Below are positions 24,531 through 37,661 of a stretch of 64,000 nt of DNA, piece after piece. Within the stretch, counting starts at the first letter, position 1. Each line of letters begins with the position of its first letter. Where the stretch lies: contig OX597815.1 in NCBI GenBank assembly GCA_951406725.2, positions 57,350,001 through 57,414,000 on the forward strand. Reading direction: 5' to 3'. A model generated the notes under the pieces. It was not told the origin of the DNA and ran no database searches. It saw nothing but the letters and a program-made list of their open reading frames with translations. Made by a program: the position numbers and the translations under genes. This DNA is from Octopus vulgaris. Its lineage: Eukaryota.

Positions 24531-27500
24531 ATGGATTACATTTATGTTGGTTGTTTGAATGTGCGCGGCCTGGGAGCAGGCTGGAAGCAAGGTCGCTTCC
24601 TGCATGATATCAGGTCACGTAATTTAGATGTTATTGTTGCTACAGAAACCCGGTTAGAGGGGCCAAGAGGTCTACTCCTGCTGTTTCACGGCTACGAGAG
24701 ATTTTTCTCTCCTGGCAGTCCTACTGGCGGAAGTGGGGTGTTGGTCCTAATAAAAAGAAACCGGGTTTCTGAGAAAAAGTTAATTTTTGCAGATCCAGAA
24801 GGTAGGCTGGTCGTCATGGATTTGACGTTCAGTAATGGTAAAGTTATCAGACTGGTTGCAATTTACGCACCCAACCATACAGGGCAAAGTGATTATTTTC
24901 GTGAACTAGAAAACTTTCTTGGTACTTCGCATTCATTAGTTGTGCTAGGAGACTTTAACACAATTTGCAAAGCGGATGTAGATTGTGTTGGCTCGCGTTC
25001 AGATAGAAAAGGTAACAGTGGCTTCATGGAACTGCTAAGCCGCTTTGAGCTAGCAGATCCTTATAGGCTGGAATTTCCGAACGCTCCATTGTGGACATGG
25101 TCAAACAGCGACGGATCTTCCAGGTCATATTTAGATAGAATACTAATTAGAAAAGTAGACAGAAAAATAACTAAGTGTCCACAGTTTTACCCGATCAGCT
25201 ACAGTGATCATAAAATGGTCACCTGTAAGCTTGACATAGATAAGGTTAAAAATAGAGGATCCAGTTACTGGAAACTTAATACGTCCCTTTTGGCGATTAA
25301 GGAGTACAAAGACCGGATTAGGAATATAATTCAGAGGGCACTATCTGGTACCATCATTAATAACAAATGGTGGTACGCCCTCAAACGAGCCATCAAGTTC
25401 GAGTCAATTAGATATAGCATAGGAGTAGTGGCTAGAGAGGCTAGAAGGGAAACTACTCTAGTTAAGGAATTAGAGGAAGCCTTGAAAACTGGCTCTGTGG
25501 CTCAGGTGGCGTCCAAGAGACTGGTGTTAAACCAGCACCTCGAGGCCAAACACATGGGCTGCATTGTCAGGGCTAGGATCCGCCATATGGGTTGTGAAGG
25601 AATCAACGCCGTGAGATGGGCCCGAGTGGTGGAAGCTCAGCATGGTAACGATGCCAGGATTCGATCTTTGACGAACCAACAAGGTGAATTGATAAACGAG
25701 CCCGAGGAGATGTGTGAGGCCTTTCAGGAGCACTTCGCTCAGCTTTTCGGTGAGTGCGGCGGACTGGATAGGAGGAGGGCCTTTACTGACCTACTCGACG
25801 GGCTGCCGCGCTTATCGGGGCGAGATGCGGAGGGCTGTGAAGAGCCAATCACGCCTGAGGAGGTGGTTGAGGCAATGGCGGACTGCGGCGCGGGCAAGGC
25901 GCCGGGTTTGGATGGTCTACCCTATGAGTTATATAAGAGTATGCCAGACTTGTTCGGGCACCTACTGGCGGAGGTCTATGCGAACTGGCAGCAGAACGGG
26001 CTTATACCCAGATCTGTGCACCGGGGAGTAGTGACACTCGTCAGAAAGGACCCGAACAAGGGGGAATGCATTGATAATTTCAGGCCCATCACTCTGCTAA
26101 ACACAGAGTTGAAGATTTTGGCCAAAGTGTTATCGAAAAGATTGGCACGTGTCGCGGATGGTCTGATCGGGGAGGCACAGACATGTGCCGTTCCTGGCAG
26201 AACCATTCAGGATAATCTCCATCTTATGCGGTACACTATAGAGGGGTTTAATAGTGATTCTGGCAAGGGTGGGGCACTGGTCCATTTAGACCAATCTAAA
26301 GCATTTGATAGGGTCGACCATCGTTACCTGGTATCTGCCCTGGCACAGTTCGGGCTGAGCCTTGGCTTCCTCAGGTGGATTATCCAAATTTACGATAACA
26401 TTGACTCGGTAGTTCTTGTCGAAGCCGTTCAAAATCAAGCACTTGGTTCGTCAAGGGTGTCCGCTCTCCCCGCTTTTGTATGTGATGGCTCTTGAGCCAT
26501 TACTGCGAAAACTGAGCGGCATCCTGAGACAGCCAGGTAGTGGAAAATCGGTGTCAGCGTACGCGGATGACATCACCATCATCGTAACCGAAATGGACCA
26601 CCTACGTAAAGTAGGCAAGGCCATAGAGGTTTACGAGACGGTGACAGGAGCAAAAGTTAATCGCGAAAAGTCAGTCGGCTTGCAACTCGGCACCTGGAGA
26701 GGCAAGTCGATGTCTCCTGACAGCGTCTCGGGACATTGGACGGAGGGTCCGATTAAATTGCTAGGGGTCTGGTTCGGTCCAGACCTCCAAATAGAGAAGA
26801 ATTGGGACGAGGTATCGAGCAGGGTGGCTGCAGTAACCAAGACCTGGTCTTGGCCGTGGCTATCTCTGAAAGGGAGGGCGGAGGTGGCCAATGTGTTTAT
26901 CGCATCGGTCATCACCTACCGCCTTTCCGTCGTTCCTTGCCCTGATTCGTGGTTGATCAAGTTGGAAAGACAGCTCTTCTACTTCTTGTGGAATGGCGGG
27001 AAACCACTTGTGAAACGCTCTACTTGCTGTCAACAACCGTTAAAGGGTGGGCTAGGGATGCCTTGGCTGATGATGCGCAGACATGCGCTGAGGTTAAGAC
27101 ATCTGTGGCTCTACCTGGATGGTGAACGGGTGTGGTCTCCGCTAGCAAAACTGATGTTTCTCAAGTTCACTAGTTTCGGTGGATGGGAAACCTGGCTGAA
27201 TCGTAGATCGAAACTTGGCACTTGGTACACGGAGTGTCGCAAGGCTCTCCTGCTATTCCGTCGCTCGGGCAACGCCTGCGGTGGGAGTTCCACCACATTC
27301 TTCTATAGAGGGTTGGTAGAGGCGGAATGTGAAGATACCTTGGGGGAAACCCTGGGTCTCGACGATAATCAGCTGGCCAGTCTGTTCCGACGTACGTTCA
27401 AGCCGAAGACACTGGACAACTTCCAGAAGTCTCTGGCATGGCAATGCTACAGAGGAGCTCTACTTGTTCGGGATAAACTCGCAAGGCACGGTAGCCAAGA

Positions 27501-27912
27501 CAGTCCGATATGTCCAAGATGCGGGCGGGATAGGGAAACCATCCCGCACGCTATTGTTCATTGTCCGGACGTGTTTGAGGTGTGGGTTTATGCCGAACAG
27601 CTGTTGTCAAGTACACGAAGAGTACAGCTGTCGACTGAGTCGATTACAAAAATTGACCCACTGGATTTCCTCGTGAATGAAGGTAAGTTTCGTTTTCTCG
27701 TTGTAGTAGCAATTGCGAAAGAGGTGATATGGAAGATGAGAATGAAAGGTTTACAGTCAGGCAAGTTCATCTCCGGCCCTGGTTTGATGAATTATTTCAT
27801 CTTCCACCTGAAAAGGAAGATAGGGCTGGAGAGAATATGCCTGACTAAGAGAGTGTATGAAGAACGATGGAAAGATGTAGCACGAAAGTTGCGAGTGAAT
27901 GATACAACATAA
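24531..27912 (+). pseudogene. LINE ORF2 (AP endonuclease, reverse transcriptase, C-terminal CCHC), one frameshift near 26416
   Basis: LNVRGL, ETRL, YAPN, GDFN, SYLDRI, SDH (APE); WKLN; FRPITLLN, LDQSKAFDRV, QGCPLSPLL, AYADD (RT); CPRCGRDRETIPHAIVHC. Confidence 0.92.
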
Positions 27913-28160
27913 ATGTAAAACCAAACGAAACCAAAAGTATCAGTGGGGAGGCGGGGCTCGTGGGGTCTGAGCTAAACCCGCACCCACTCCATCCGTAATG
28001 TCTTCCTGTCTGTTCCAACATTCGATTTCTGTCTATTTTTGTAAATTTTCTGTAAATTTTTAAAATTCGCTTTTTTGTAAAACCCATATCGTGTATCTGA
28101 CCCCATCATCAGATTGTATTGTCCCATCTATGTTCGCCCCTTGTGGGTAATAATAAAACA

Positions 28161-28470
28161 ACCTGGAGGAAAGCACCATCGAAAAGTGTCTTGGTGCGAC
28201 TATGAAAGATATCTAACCAGAGGTGGTAAATCCGTCACAATAGAAGCAAGGTTCGAGTCAACACAGCGTGCAAGGGAGTACTCGACTCGAACTTGCAAAG
28301 TGGAAATATTTTATTTTTACTTTTATATCTGGGATGTAGGATGTGCCGGATAAAAATTTAAAATGCCCCCCCCCCCCCGAAGTTGAGGTAGGCTGGATTG
28401 TAGCCACACTTCTATACAAGAGGGAGGACAAGATACAATTGATCGAAATTGCAAGAGACAGGCTTACAAT
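28161..28470 (+). pseudogene. Decayed ORF1 of the older host retroelement, right half
   Basis: LEESTIEKCLGATMKD/YLTRGGKSVTIEARF...LYLGCRMCRIKI*NAPP/EVEVGWIVATLL aligns with IEKCLGDIMDKSTYVSRGKKFGTVEVRC...IPPEVKTEWLATAI of element A. Confidence 0.75.
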
Positions 28471-28648
28471 TCCAGTCTGTTATATATTTTGAGTATTGTT
28501 GTCACTAGCGATATCAAGATATAACTTTGTATTTTGTATTTTATGTGTAGATGTATATATATAGATGTACATGTAATATGTACACATATATATACACATA
28601 TATACATGCACTAGCACTATGACCTGGCAATGACGGGTCATAATGTAA

Positions 28649-28685
<37 letters not shown>

Positions 28686-28687
<2 letters not shown>

Positions 28688-29775
28688 AAGGGTTTCTTGC
28701 GCAGAGTGAAAGGTAGATTGTAAGACGTATCTGTGCAAACTCCCATGCTTCACTGCCGTGAAGCATGGGCTATGACTGCAGAGGACATGCGTAGGCTTGA
28801 AAGAAATGTAGCTAGCATGATCCACTGGATGTGTAATGTCAGTGTCTATGCATGACAGAGTGTTGGGCATTAGAAGCATTGGATGCAGTATGCAGGAGAG
28901 ACGATTGCGTTGGTATGGTCATGTACTATGGACGGATGAGGAGAGATGTATGAAGAAGTGCCACTCCCAAACTGTTGAAGGAATCCGGGGTAGAGGTAGA
29001 CACAGGAAGACATGGGACAAAGTGGTCAAGCATGACCTTCGTACGTTGAGCCTCACAGAGGCTATGACGAAAGACTGAGACTTCTGGAGATATGCTGTAA
29101 CTTCGAAGACCCAACAAATGAAGTGAGTTCATGGCTTGCAGGACTGCCTGCTGCACTTGAGGAGACCTATTGTGTCAAGTTCATCAAGATCAAAATAAAA
29201 ATCATATGGAAATTGTAGTTGTGATACCCATGCCGGTGGCACGTACAGCCTCACAGAGGAAATGACGAAGACTGAGACCCCTGAGATATGCTGTGACTGT
29301 GAAGACCCGACAAATGAAGTGAGTTCATGGCTCGCAGGATGGCCTACTGTGCTAACCTTGGATCGTAGAGTGACCTGCTGTTCTCAAGGAGACCTATTGA
29401 GTCAAGTAGTCAATACCAATATCAAAATAAAAATCAAATGGAAATTGTAGTTAAGACACCTGTGCTGGTGACACGTAAAAAGCACTGTCCGAATGTGGCA
29501 GATGCCAGCACTGCCTGACTGGTGTCTGTGTCGGTAACACGTAAAATCACCAATTGATTGAGGCCGTTTGCCAGCCAGCTCTGGCCCCTATGCTGGTGGC
29601 ATGTAAAAGCACCCACTACACTCACAGAGTGGTTGGTGTTAGGAAGGGCATCCAGCTGTATAAACACTGCCAAACCAGACTGGAGCCTGGTGCAGCCTCC
29701 ATGGCTTACCAAACCCCGGTCGAACCGTCCAACCCAAGCTAGCATGGAAAACGGACATTAAATGATGATGATGAT
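28686..29775 (+). mobile_element. RTE LINE 3' fragment with 3' UTR and (GAT)n tail
   Basis: ERRLRWYGHV...GRGRHRKTW...DLRTL; ends ggacattaaatgatgatgatgat. Confidence 0.85.
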
Positions 29776-30107
29776 ATATATATACATGCACACATAAGTA
29801 CACACACATATATATGCATATACCCCCAGTCTCTCATACGCATATACAATTATTTGTGTTTAATTTTGTTCAGTAACATTTCAAAAATATGTGGGAGGAG
29901 AGGGAATCAAGTAAGTTTTTAACTGGTGTGAAGATATTGATAATGATGTATAAAATTGGTTAGTAATTTAAGATAAATAATTAAATAATAATAATAGTCA
30001 GATGGATATTAAGAATAAACACATTATTAGATACATATATATATACACATACACATACAAGTGTAAATAAATAAATAAATAGTCACATATTGATTTGAAT
30101 AATATAT

Positions 30108-30140
<33 letters not shown>

Positions 30141-30143
<3 letters not shown>

Positions 30144-31942
30144 TATTATAAAAGGCAGATTTTATCTGCTTCCCTTTGTATCTTATAGAAATCTACAATA
30201 TAGGATTTCTTCAATTACAATTTACCTAGCATTTTTAAGAGTAGAATGCATCGGGTCGTGCCAGGTCCACTTTTTAAAATTTCAACCCCAATTAAGCAAA
30301 ATTCAGAGAAAACTCACATTGTGGTGTATGTGTCAAATGCTTCTCTTAGTGTGGAATACAGCACACGCAAACGCACACACACAGTGTGCAACGAATAAAG
30401 TGAAAGTGATTCACTTTCTGTAGTGAGTGACTCTTTCACTCGGCCTCCCACTTCCTCTTTACACACATAGACACGCAAATATATAAATAAAATTGTAAGC
30501 TAACGTGCGTGTGTGTGAGTGTGTGTGTGTGTGTGTGTGCATGTGTGAGGGTGCGTGTGTGTGCGTGCGTGAGTGTGTGACAGGAAAGTTTTTTAGGACG
30601 AATATAAGACCTATATCCAAGTAGCAGAAAGATCGCCCAAAAGTGTATATAGATATTTAAATGTATTTATATATTCATCTATACACAGATGTATGTATAA
30701 TGTGTGTGTATATATTTCCATAGAGGTAACCTTTCACTCCATACAAAGTTTTTTAGGAAGAATATAAGATCTAAAGTATATACAAGTAGCAGAAAGATCG
30801 CCCAAAAGTGTATATAGATATTTAAATGTATTTATATATTCATCTATACACAGATGTATGTATAATGTGTGTGTATATATTTCTATAGACGTAACCATTC
30901 ACTCCGCACAAAGTTTTTTAGGACGAAAATAAGATCTAAAGTTATCTCTAAGTAGCACAAAGATCACCCAAAAGTGTATATAGATATATAAATGTATTTA
31001 TATATTCATCTATGCACACATGTATGTATAACGTGTGTGTATATATTTCCATAGAGGTAACCATTCAATCCATACAAAGTTTTTTAGGACGAAAATATTT
31101 ATATATAAAAGAAAGGTTGTGTGTCTGTCTACTCCGATTTACATTCCTAACTACTCCCACATTTTGCGATGCAGTTTAACCAAAACCGGGTATCTTATAG
31201 TCGTGATTCATATTGAGCCCTTCTGGGTATTAGCGCGCGTCTACGATGAGCCTATGATTTTACAAATAATTTACCATCATTTTTTTCCATTTTAATGCAT
31301 ATTTTTTTTAATAAAGGGAAGTAACTCTCAAACTTCACACCAATATGCGTGCTCATATGCGACATAATATCACATCAGCAGCATTTCCTCACACCCTCCT
31401 TGCACTTGGCGAAGGCAAAATACCAGGGGATGAAAATGGTAATATTGTCATCGATTCCATTTGTACCATTGTTAAGACGCCTTCTGATCTCAGAGATGCA
31501 GTGTTCCCAGATCTACAAGCTAATTATCAGAATATGGATTGGATTGGCAAAAAGGCTATACTGGCCCCGAGGAATAAAACTGTTCACCATATTAATGATG
31601 AAATGCTAAAACTCATTCCTGGGGAAGTCTATGTATATCAGTCTATTGATACAACTCCTGACCCAGAGGACGTCATCAACTATCCAATAGAGGTACTCAA
31701 TTCCTTTGAGCACCCCGGACTACCACCACACTTTCTTAAACTTAAAGTTGGTGCCCCTATAATGCTCATCAGAAATTTGGTTCCCCCAAAACAATGCAAT
31801 GGCACACGTTTGATCGTTAAGTCCTTATCTCCCACCGTAAACTTATATCAATATTTGCCTGAATAATCATCATAATTCAGTGCAATCATTAACAGTACTT
31901 TCAAGCAATTCAGCCCCGAGCAACGCCGGGCAATTCTGCTAG
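30141..31942 (+). mobile_element. Non-autonomous Helitron carrying a PIF1-type helicase fragment
   Basis: A|TC start in a (TA)n tract; ORF 31345..31866 with AILAPRN, GLPPHFLKLKVGAPIMLIRNL and CNGTRL; GC-rich subterminal hairpin gccccgagcaacgccgggc then CTAG|T. Confidence 0.85.
30585..31097 (+). repeat. Tandem repeat inside the Helitron, ~160-166 bp unit, about 3 copies
   Basis: aaagttttttagga recurs at 30585, 30745, 30910 and 31076. Confidence 0.9.
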
Positions 31943-32056
31943 TATATATATACACACACATCTATATATGCATACACATATACATATACATACTTACACA
32001 CATACACATGTAAATATGTGTATATATGTATATATAAATATAAATATATATATATT

Positions 32057-33165
32057 AATGGTACCTTTCCTTCATTGGACACTAAACACTGCTTGTGAAG
32101 ACCTGTTGAGGCAAGTGAAATCGAAATCAAATTCAATGACTAGCATCCACGCTAGTGGAGCGCTAAGAGCACCATCCAAGCGTGATCATTGCCAGAGTGA
32201 TTAGGGGACCCTGGTAAAGACTTTCTCCATGTCAACGAAAGCCAGGTACAGAGGCTTATCTTTGGCTAAGTAGTTCTCTTGCAGCTGTCTCACCAGAAAT
32301 ATGGCATCAGTGGTGCTTTTCCCTGGCACGAAACCAAACTGCATCTCATCCAAGCTGACTCTCTCCCTAATCAGTTGGGCTATGACCCTCTCCGTAACCT
32401 TCATTACCTGATCCAACAGCTTGATACCTCTGTAATTATTTGTATCTAAAGCATCACCTTTACCTTTGTAGCAGTTGGCTATTATGCTGCTACACCAGTC
32501 ATTGGGTATGACTCCTTTGTGTATCACCTGGTTAACTATACGGGTGACTACGCTATAGCCGACACTACCAGATATTTTGAGCATCTCTGCAGTAATTCCT
32601 GATTGGCCTGGCGCTTTCCCTGTCTTCATGCTTCTAATTGCCTTAACTACTAAGGAACTGTCAACTCGGATAGCTGGTCCCTTTGTTGGGTCGACATTCC
32701 TCAGACTCTCTTTATGCCATTCATTTTCCTTATTTAACAGCCTCTCATAATGGTGTCTCCAAACCTCTCTCTTTGCATCCTCATTCAGCATAAGTGAGCC
32801 ATCATCCATGCGAACACATTTCTCTCCTACCACATCACGATTCTCTCTCTCACACTGTCTTGCAACACGGAATACCTCAAGTCTTTGGTCCTCACAGCGC
32901 AGAACATTGGCAAATTTTTCCTTATCTGCTTCCCTTCTGGCTAAATAAACCTGTCTCCTAGCTTCTCTTTTGGTAGTCTGATACAGTTCCCTGCTAACTA
33001 CCAGTCTATGTTGTGGGGTACATTCTTCGCCTGGGAAGGTTTTGGCATTTATAAACAGCCATCTTTCCCTTTTCCTAGCAAGGGTGTAGTCAATTTGGCT
33101 GGTATGTTGGCCCAGTCGGTAGGTGACTAGGTGGCTGGTAGGTTTCCTGAAGTTAGTGTTGCAAA
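32057..33165 (-). mobile_element. Internally deleted RTE LINE (endonuclease-end and RT fragment)
   Basis: ORF 32201..33238 with SQIDY, NYRGIKLL, QFGFVPGKSTTDAIF and AFVDMEK. Confidence 0.85.
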
Positions 33166-33394
33166 CACACATATATATATATCCTGTGTGACCCTTCTGT
33201 CCGGCATTCACCATGATAGATCGGTAGCCACTACACACATTTTTTTTCTCTCCTTGTTTCTTTCTGTGTTCCTTTCTGTGGAAGAGTGTAGGATCGAAAT
33301 GTTAAAGACTTTTTCAATTCCTGAGCATTATACTAATACATCTCTTTGTTTTCTACACCACCTGTCTTCGTCTTATGTTTTTTTCGTGAATTCT

Positions 33395-33436
<42 letters not shown>

Positions 33437-33992
33437 CAGTGCATTTCAATATGTGACTGCACGTCTATCATTGACGATTTTCTTTCTCCATCTTCCCTTC
33501 CTTGGACCTTTCCTTTTTCTATATTATATTTATATATTTTAAATGAAATAAATACGCTATGTCTTTATATATAGCTCATTATTCATTCACTTGCATATAT
33601 ATATACATATCGATATATATATATAAACAAAACTAAAACAAAGCTGACTTTATATAAACATAAAAATAAAGTCTATAGACACTTCAAATCAAAGTAATAT
33701 CAATATAAACAAAATGCCCCAAATATGAACATCAAGCCCAACAATCAATTATACATGATAAATACTCTATATCTACTTATATATACATATTATGGGTAGC
33801 TATGTTTGTGCATTATATATATACATACACACACACACACATATATACATATACCATACATACACATACACACATATATACATACATACCCATATACATG
33901 TATATATCTACATACACATCCACACACTCATATACATATCCATACACAGCTATACATCCACACAGCTACACATATGTATCTACATAAGCACA

Positions 33993-34048
<56 letters not shown>

Positions 34049-35360
34049 CATACATACATACATACACACCCATACAGCTAGACTAAAATATATATACTCA
34101 CTTATATATATATACCTAGATACATATCCATTCAGATATATATACACTGTCATATCTACACAAAGACTTTCACATATATAGATGTATACCTCTTCCCATA
34201 TATAAAGAAATATCTAAAATAAAAATCTAAGAAAAAATATATACATATATCCCCACAGATAGACATTCATCCACACACACACATGTATATATACATACAC
34301 ACACATATATACATATATACAGCTATATGTACAGGACCGAGATACATCATCATTAAGTTCCTGTTTTTATATTCATATCATTAAAATGGGGAAACATTAA
34401 ATTCTATTTATAATTTTAATTATTATTATAAGAGTTGTTAATTTACTTTACAATAGTTAAAGATATCTATTATGAGGTATCAAAATGTCTATGAATTATA
34501 GCTCTAATAAAAAAAAAATCATTTATATCTAGTAAATACATATTTGTTTTTATGTAGGCAAGAACTTCAGGTTAAGTAAAGGAAATGTCGCTATGCAGAT
34601 AAATAATTTCTCATTCAAACAAAGATGCCACTTCCTATTACTTATATTGTAACTAGGTGCAGTCACCAAGTTATCCCATTCGAGATTAAAATTAATTTTT
34701 CTATCTTAAGTTCCCAAATGAATTTACTTAGACGCATTGAATTTTGTCTTTTCTTATTCCAAAATGTATATAAGTGTGTTGAAAGATACTTCTTCATTTC
34801 GTTTTTAGTTGATCCAATTTAAATATATCTATTATTAATTTCTGTGGTAACTTTACATTGATATACTACATTTTTTAATTTATATAAATCTTTAACCATA
34901 CTGCTATCTATATTTTTACAATCACATGTTTTATAAGAATGATCATTTATATTGGTTTAGGAAGAGGCTTTAGATGAAACTGGTTTCTGATCATTCTTAA
35001 TAATATTATGCTTATTAATGAAATACCTAGTATATTAGGGGAGTTATTATTAACACTCTCTATTTGAATAAAATAAATCTAATTTTTTTTATTTACAGAA
35101 GCTATAATATTAGCTAAGTTATGAGCTAAACTATATCCTATCTATTTTTTTATTGTTAATAATTTCATAATATTATTTATATTGAAATGCTTATTAATTA
35201 GCCTATAAATACATTTCACCAAATTAGTTTTTATTTGTATGGCATATGGGATTATAAGCCATTTTATCTTATTTGTATCTACTTATTGCTGTTGAAACTA
35301 CTAAAATTATTTTTATTCATTAAGTAGATATTATTTTTCATTTTATTCGGTTTCTTTATA

Positions 35361-36085
35361 TCATCATTTAATGTCTGCTTTCCATCCTAGCATAGGTTGG
35401 ACAGTTCAACCAGGGTTGGGGAAGCCAGGAGGCTGCACCAGGCTCCAGTCTGATCTGGCAGTGCTTCTACAGCTGGATGCCCTTCCTAACGCCAACCACT
35501 CCATGAGTGTAGTGGGTGCTTTTTACTTGCCACCAGCACAGGGGCCAGAGGAGGCTGGCAACAGCCATGATCGGTTGGTGCTTTTTATGTGCCACCAGCT
35601 GGAAGCCAGTCAAGGTAGCGCTGGCATCAGTCACATTTGGATGGTGCTTTTTATGTGCCACCAGCATGGGTATCACAACTACAATTTCCATTTGATTTTT
35701 ATTTTGATGTTGATGTACTTGACTCAATAGGTCTCCTCAAGCACAGTGGGTCACCCTATGATCCAAAATAAGCACAGCCGGTCGTCCTATGATCCAAGGT
35801 ACTTTTGAATGGGCTTGGGCTGGGGCTGGTTATGTGAAACTGGTGTAGGATACAGCCGTGAACTCACTTTATTTGTTGGGTCTTCGCAGTCACAGCATAT
35901 CTCCAGAGGTCTTGGTCTTTTGTCATTGCCTTTGTGAGGCCCAACGTTCGAAGGTCATGCTTGACCACCTCATCCCATATCTTCCTGGGTCTACCTCTAC
36001 TCTGGATTTCTTCAACTGTTTGGGAGTGGAACTTCTTCACACATCTCTCCTCATCCCTCCGTAGTACATGACCATACCAGCACAA
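35361..36085 (-). mobile_element. RTE LINE 3' end
   Basis: WYGHVLRRDEERC...RGRPRKIW; same 3' UTR as the other RTE copies. Confidence 0.8.
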
Positions 36086-36108
36086 ACATACATACATACA
36101 TACATACT

Positions 36109-36159
<51 letters not shown>

Positions 36160-36172
36160 GTATGTATGTATG

Positions 36173-36720
36173 TATTGGGTCATCCCCAAAATGTGGGTTT
36201 TTTTAATACTTCTTTTATTTTGAAAACTGGAATAAACAATAATCAGATGGGACAATGTCCAGCTAATATGGTGGGTGGGGCATCATTTTCCCATTCAAAC
36301 TGCTCCAGTCTTTAGAATGTCATCCTCACTGTATGTGGTCAAGCATTATCCTGATGGAAGAACACCTTTCATCTTGTAACCAAAAACGGTCGTTTTTCTT
36401 CTAGTACTGACTTAAGCCATTCAAGCTGCTTGCAGTAGACTTCCTTTGTTATCATTTAGTTTGGGTTTAAAAGTTCAAAGTGGACTAAACTTTTCATATC
36501 CCACCAAATAGAGAACAACACCTTACATAGGTGAAGACCATCTTTAGCCTGGAGTGCTGGTGTTTCTCCTTTCCCTACCCACTGTCTTTGATGCTTGACA
36601 TTTTTATTGAGAGTCCATTTCTTCTCACCAGTCACTATTTGATCCAAAGAAAGGTTCATTCATGAGACATAACAGCAAAGAAGAGCATAAATTCACTCTC
36701 TGAAATTTGTCTAGCCCATT
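36173..36720 (-). mobile_element. Mariner remnant
   Basis: IVTGEKKW...SIWWDMKSLVHFELL; TA-tgggtcat terminus. Confidence 0.75.
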
Positions 36721-36802
36721 CTTATTCTAGCAACTACACTTTCTGTTCTTCCTCCTCCACTGCTAAGTTGCTTACCAACTAACAGAAGCTATTTACTGCT
36801 GA

Positions 36803-37237
36803 TTTCCTGGAACTTGCACATTATGTTGGCAACAAGCCATCACTTGATTGTGCTGTTACTGTATATCTTTTTCTGAGAGATTTAGAAATGTAATATTTCT
36901 ATTTTTATAGATTAGTGAATGTTTTTCACTTCGAATTAGCAGTGACATCTAGCAAGGCCAGGCTACTCCACACTGATAAAGGGCAATAACTCTGAAACTA
37001 GTCAATGGATGCTGGATTTTGCTGAGTGGAGGTGCTAATCTTCCCTGTTTGAAAACATAAGGACAGAGAAAGTTTGTGTCATATAACAGCTAGAAACGAT
37101 GTTTCTTGGGGCTAAATAACAGTAACATTCCTCCCTTTCCTGGTACTGCCACATTATATTGGCTATAAGCCATCACTTTATCATGCTGTTACTGCATATC
37201 TCTCTTTGAGAGATTTAGAAATATAATATTTCTATTC
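36803..37237 (+). repeat. 333-bp-period partial direct repeat enclosing a degenerate hammerhead motif
   Basis: 36803-36904 resembles 37136-37237; CTGATAA at 36973, GAAA-ctag-TC at 36994-37003. Confidence 0.6.
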
Positions 37238-37238
37238 T

Positions 37239-37272
<34 letters not shown>

Positions 37273-37312
37273 TATAGATAAGAAAGTTGGTTTGTGAAAG
37301 CACGTGGTTGAA

Positions 37313-37647
37313 TATATAGAAAATAGTAAAAAGTGAAAAAACTACAAAAGGCTTAAAGGTTAAAAAATATATATATTTGAGTCAATATGTCTGAAGAATA
37401 TTAAAAAAATTTTTTTCCTTACAATGACATAGTTTAGAAGAAAGACCGGTTTCACGTTTAGCTTTTCAAATTTCTTACGTCGTAAGAAATTTGAAAAGCT
37501 AAATGCGAAACCGGTCTTTCTTCTAAACTATGTCATTGTAAGGAAAAAAATTTTTTAATATTCTTCAGACATATTGACTCAAATATATATATTTTTTAAC
37601 CTTTAAGCCTTCTGTAGTTTTTTCACTTTTTACTATTTTCTATATAT
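37313..37647. repeat. Near-perfect ~335-bp palindrome
   Basis: Arms of ~167 bp centred on T37480 (cttacg T cgtaag), with only a few mismatches. Confidence 0.95.
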
Positions 37648-37661
37648 ATATATATATATAT

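Larger units (their letters stand above)
22992..28160 (+). mobile_element. Near full-length Tx1/L1-group LINE (element B)
   Basis: 5' UTR, ORF1, ORF2 (APE endonuclease-RT-zinc finger), 3' UTR ending gccccttgtgggtaataataaaa; TSD ACCTGGAGGAAAGCA at 22977-22991 and 28161-28175. Confidence 0.92.

Noticed and set aside
33270-33312. gaagagtgtaggatcgaaatgtta hammerhead-like relic
   Set aside because: The CUGA core is absent and the stems are too weak to call.
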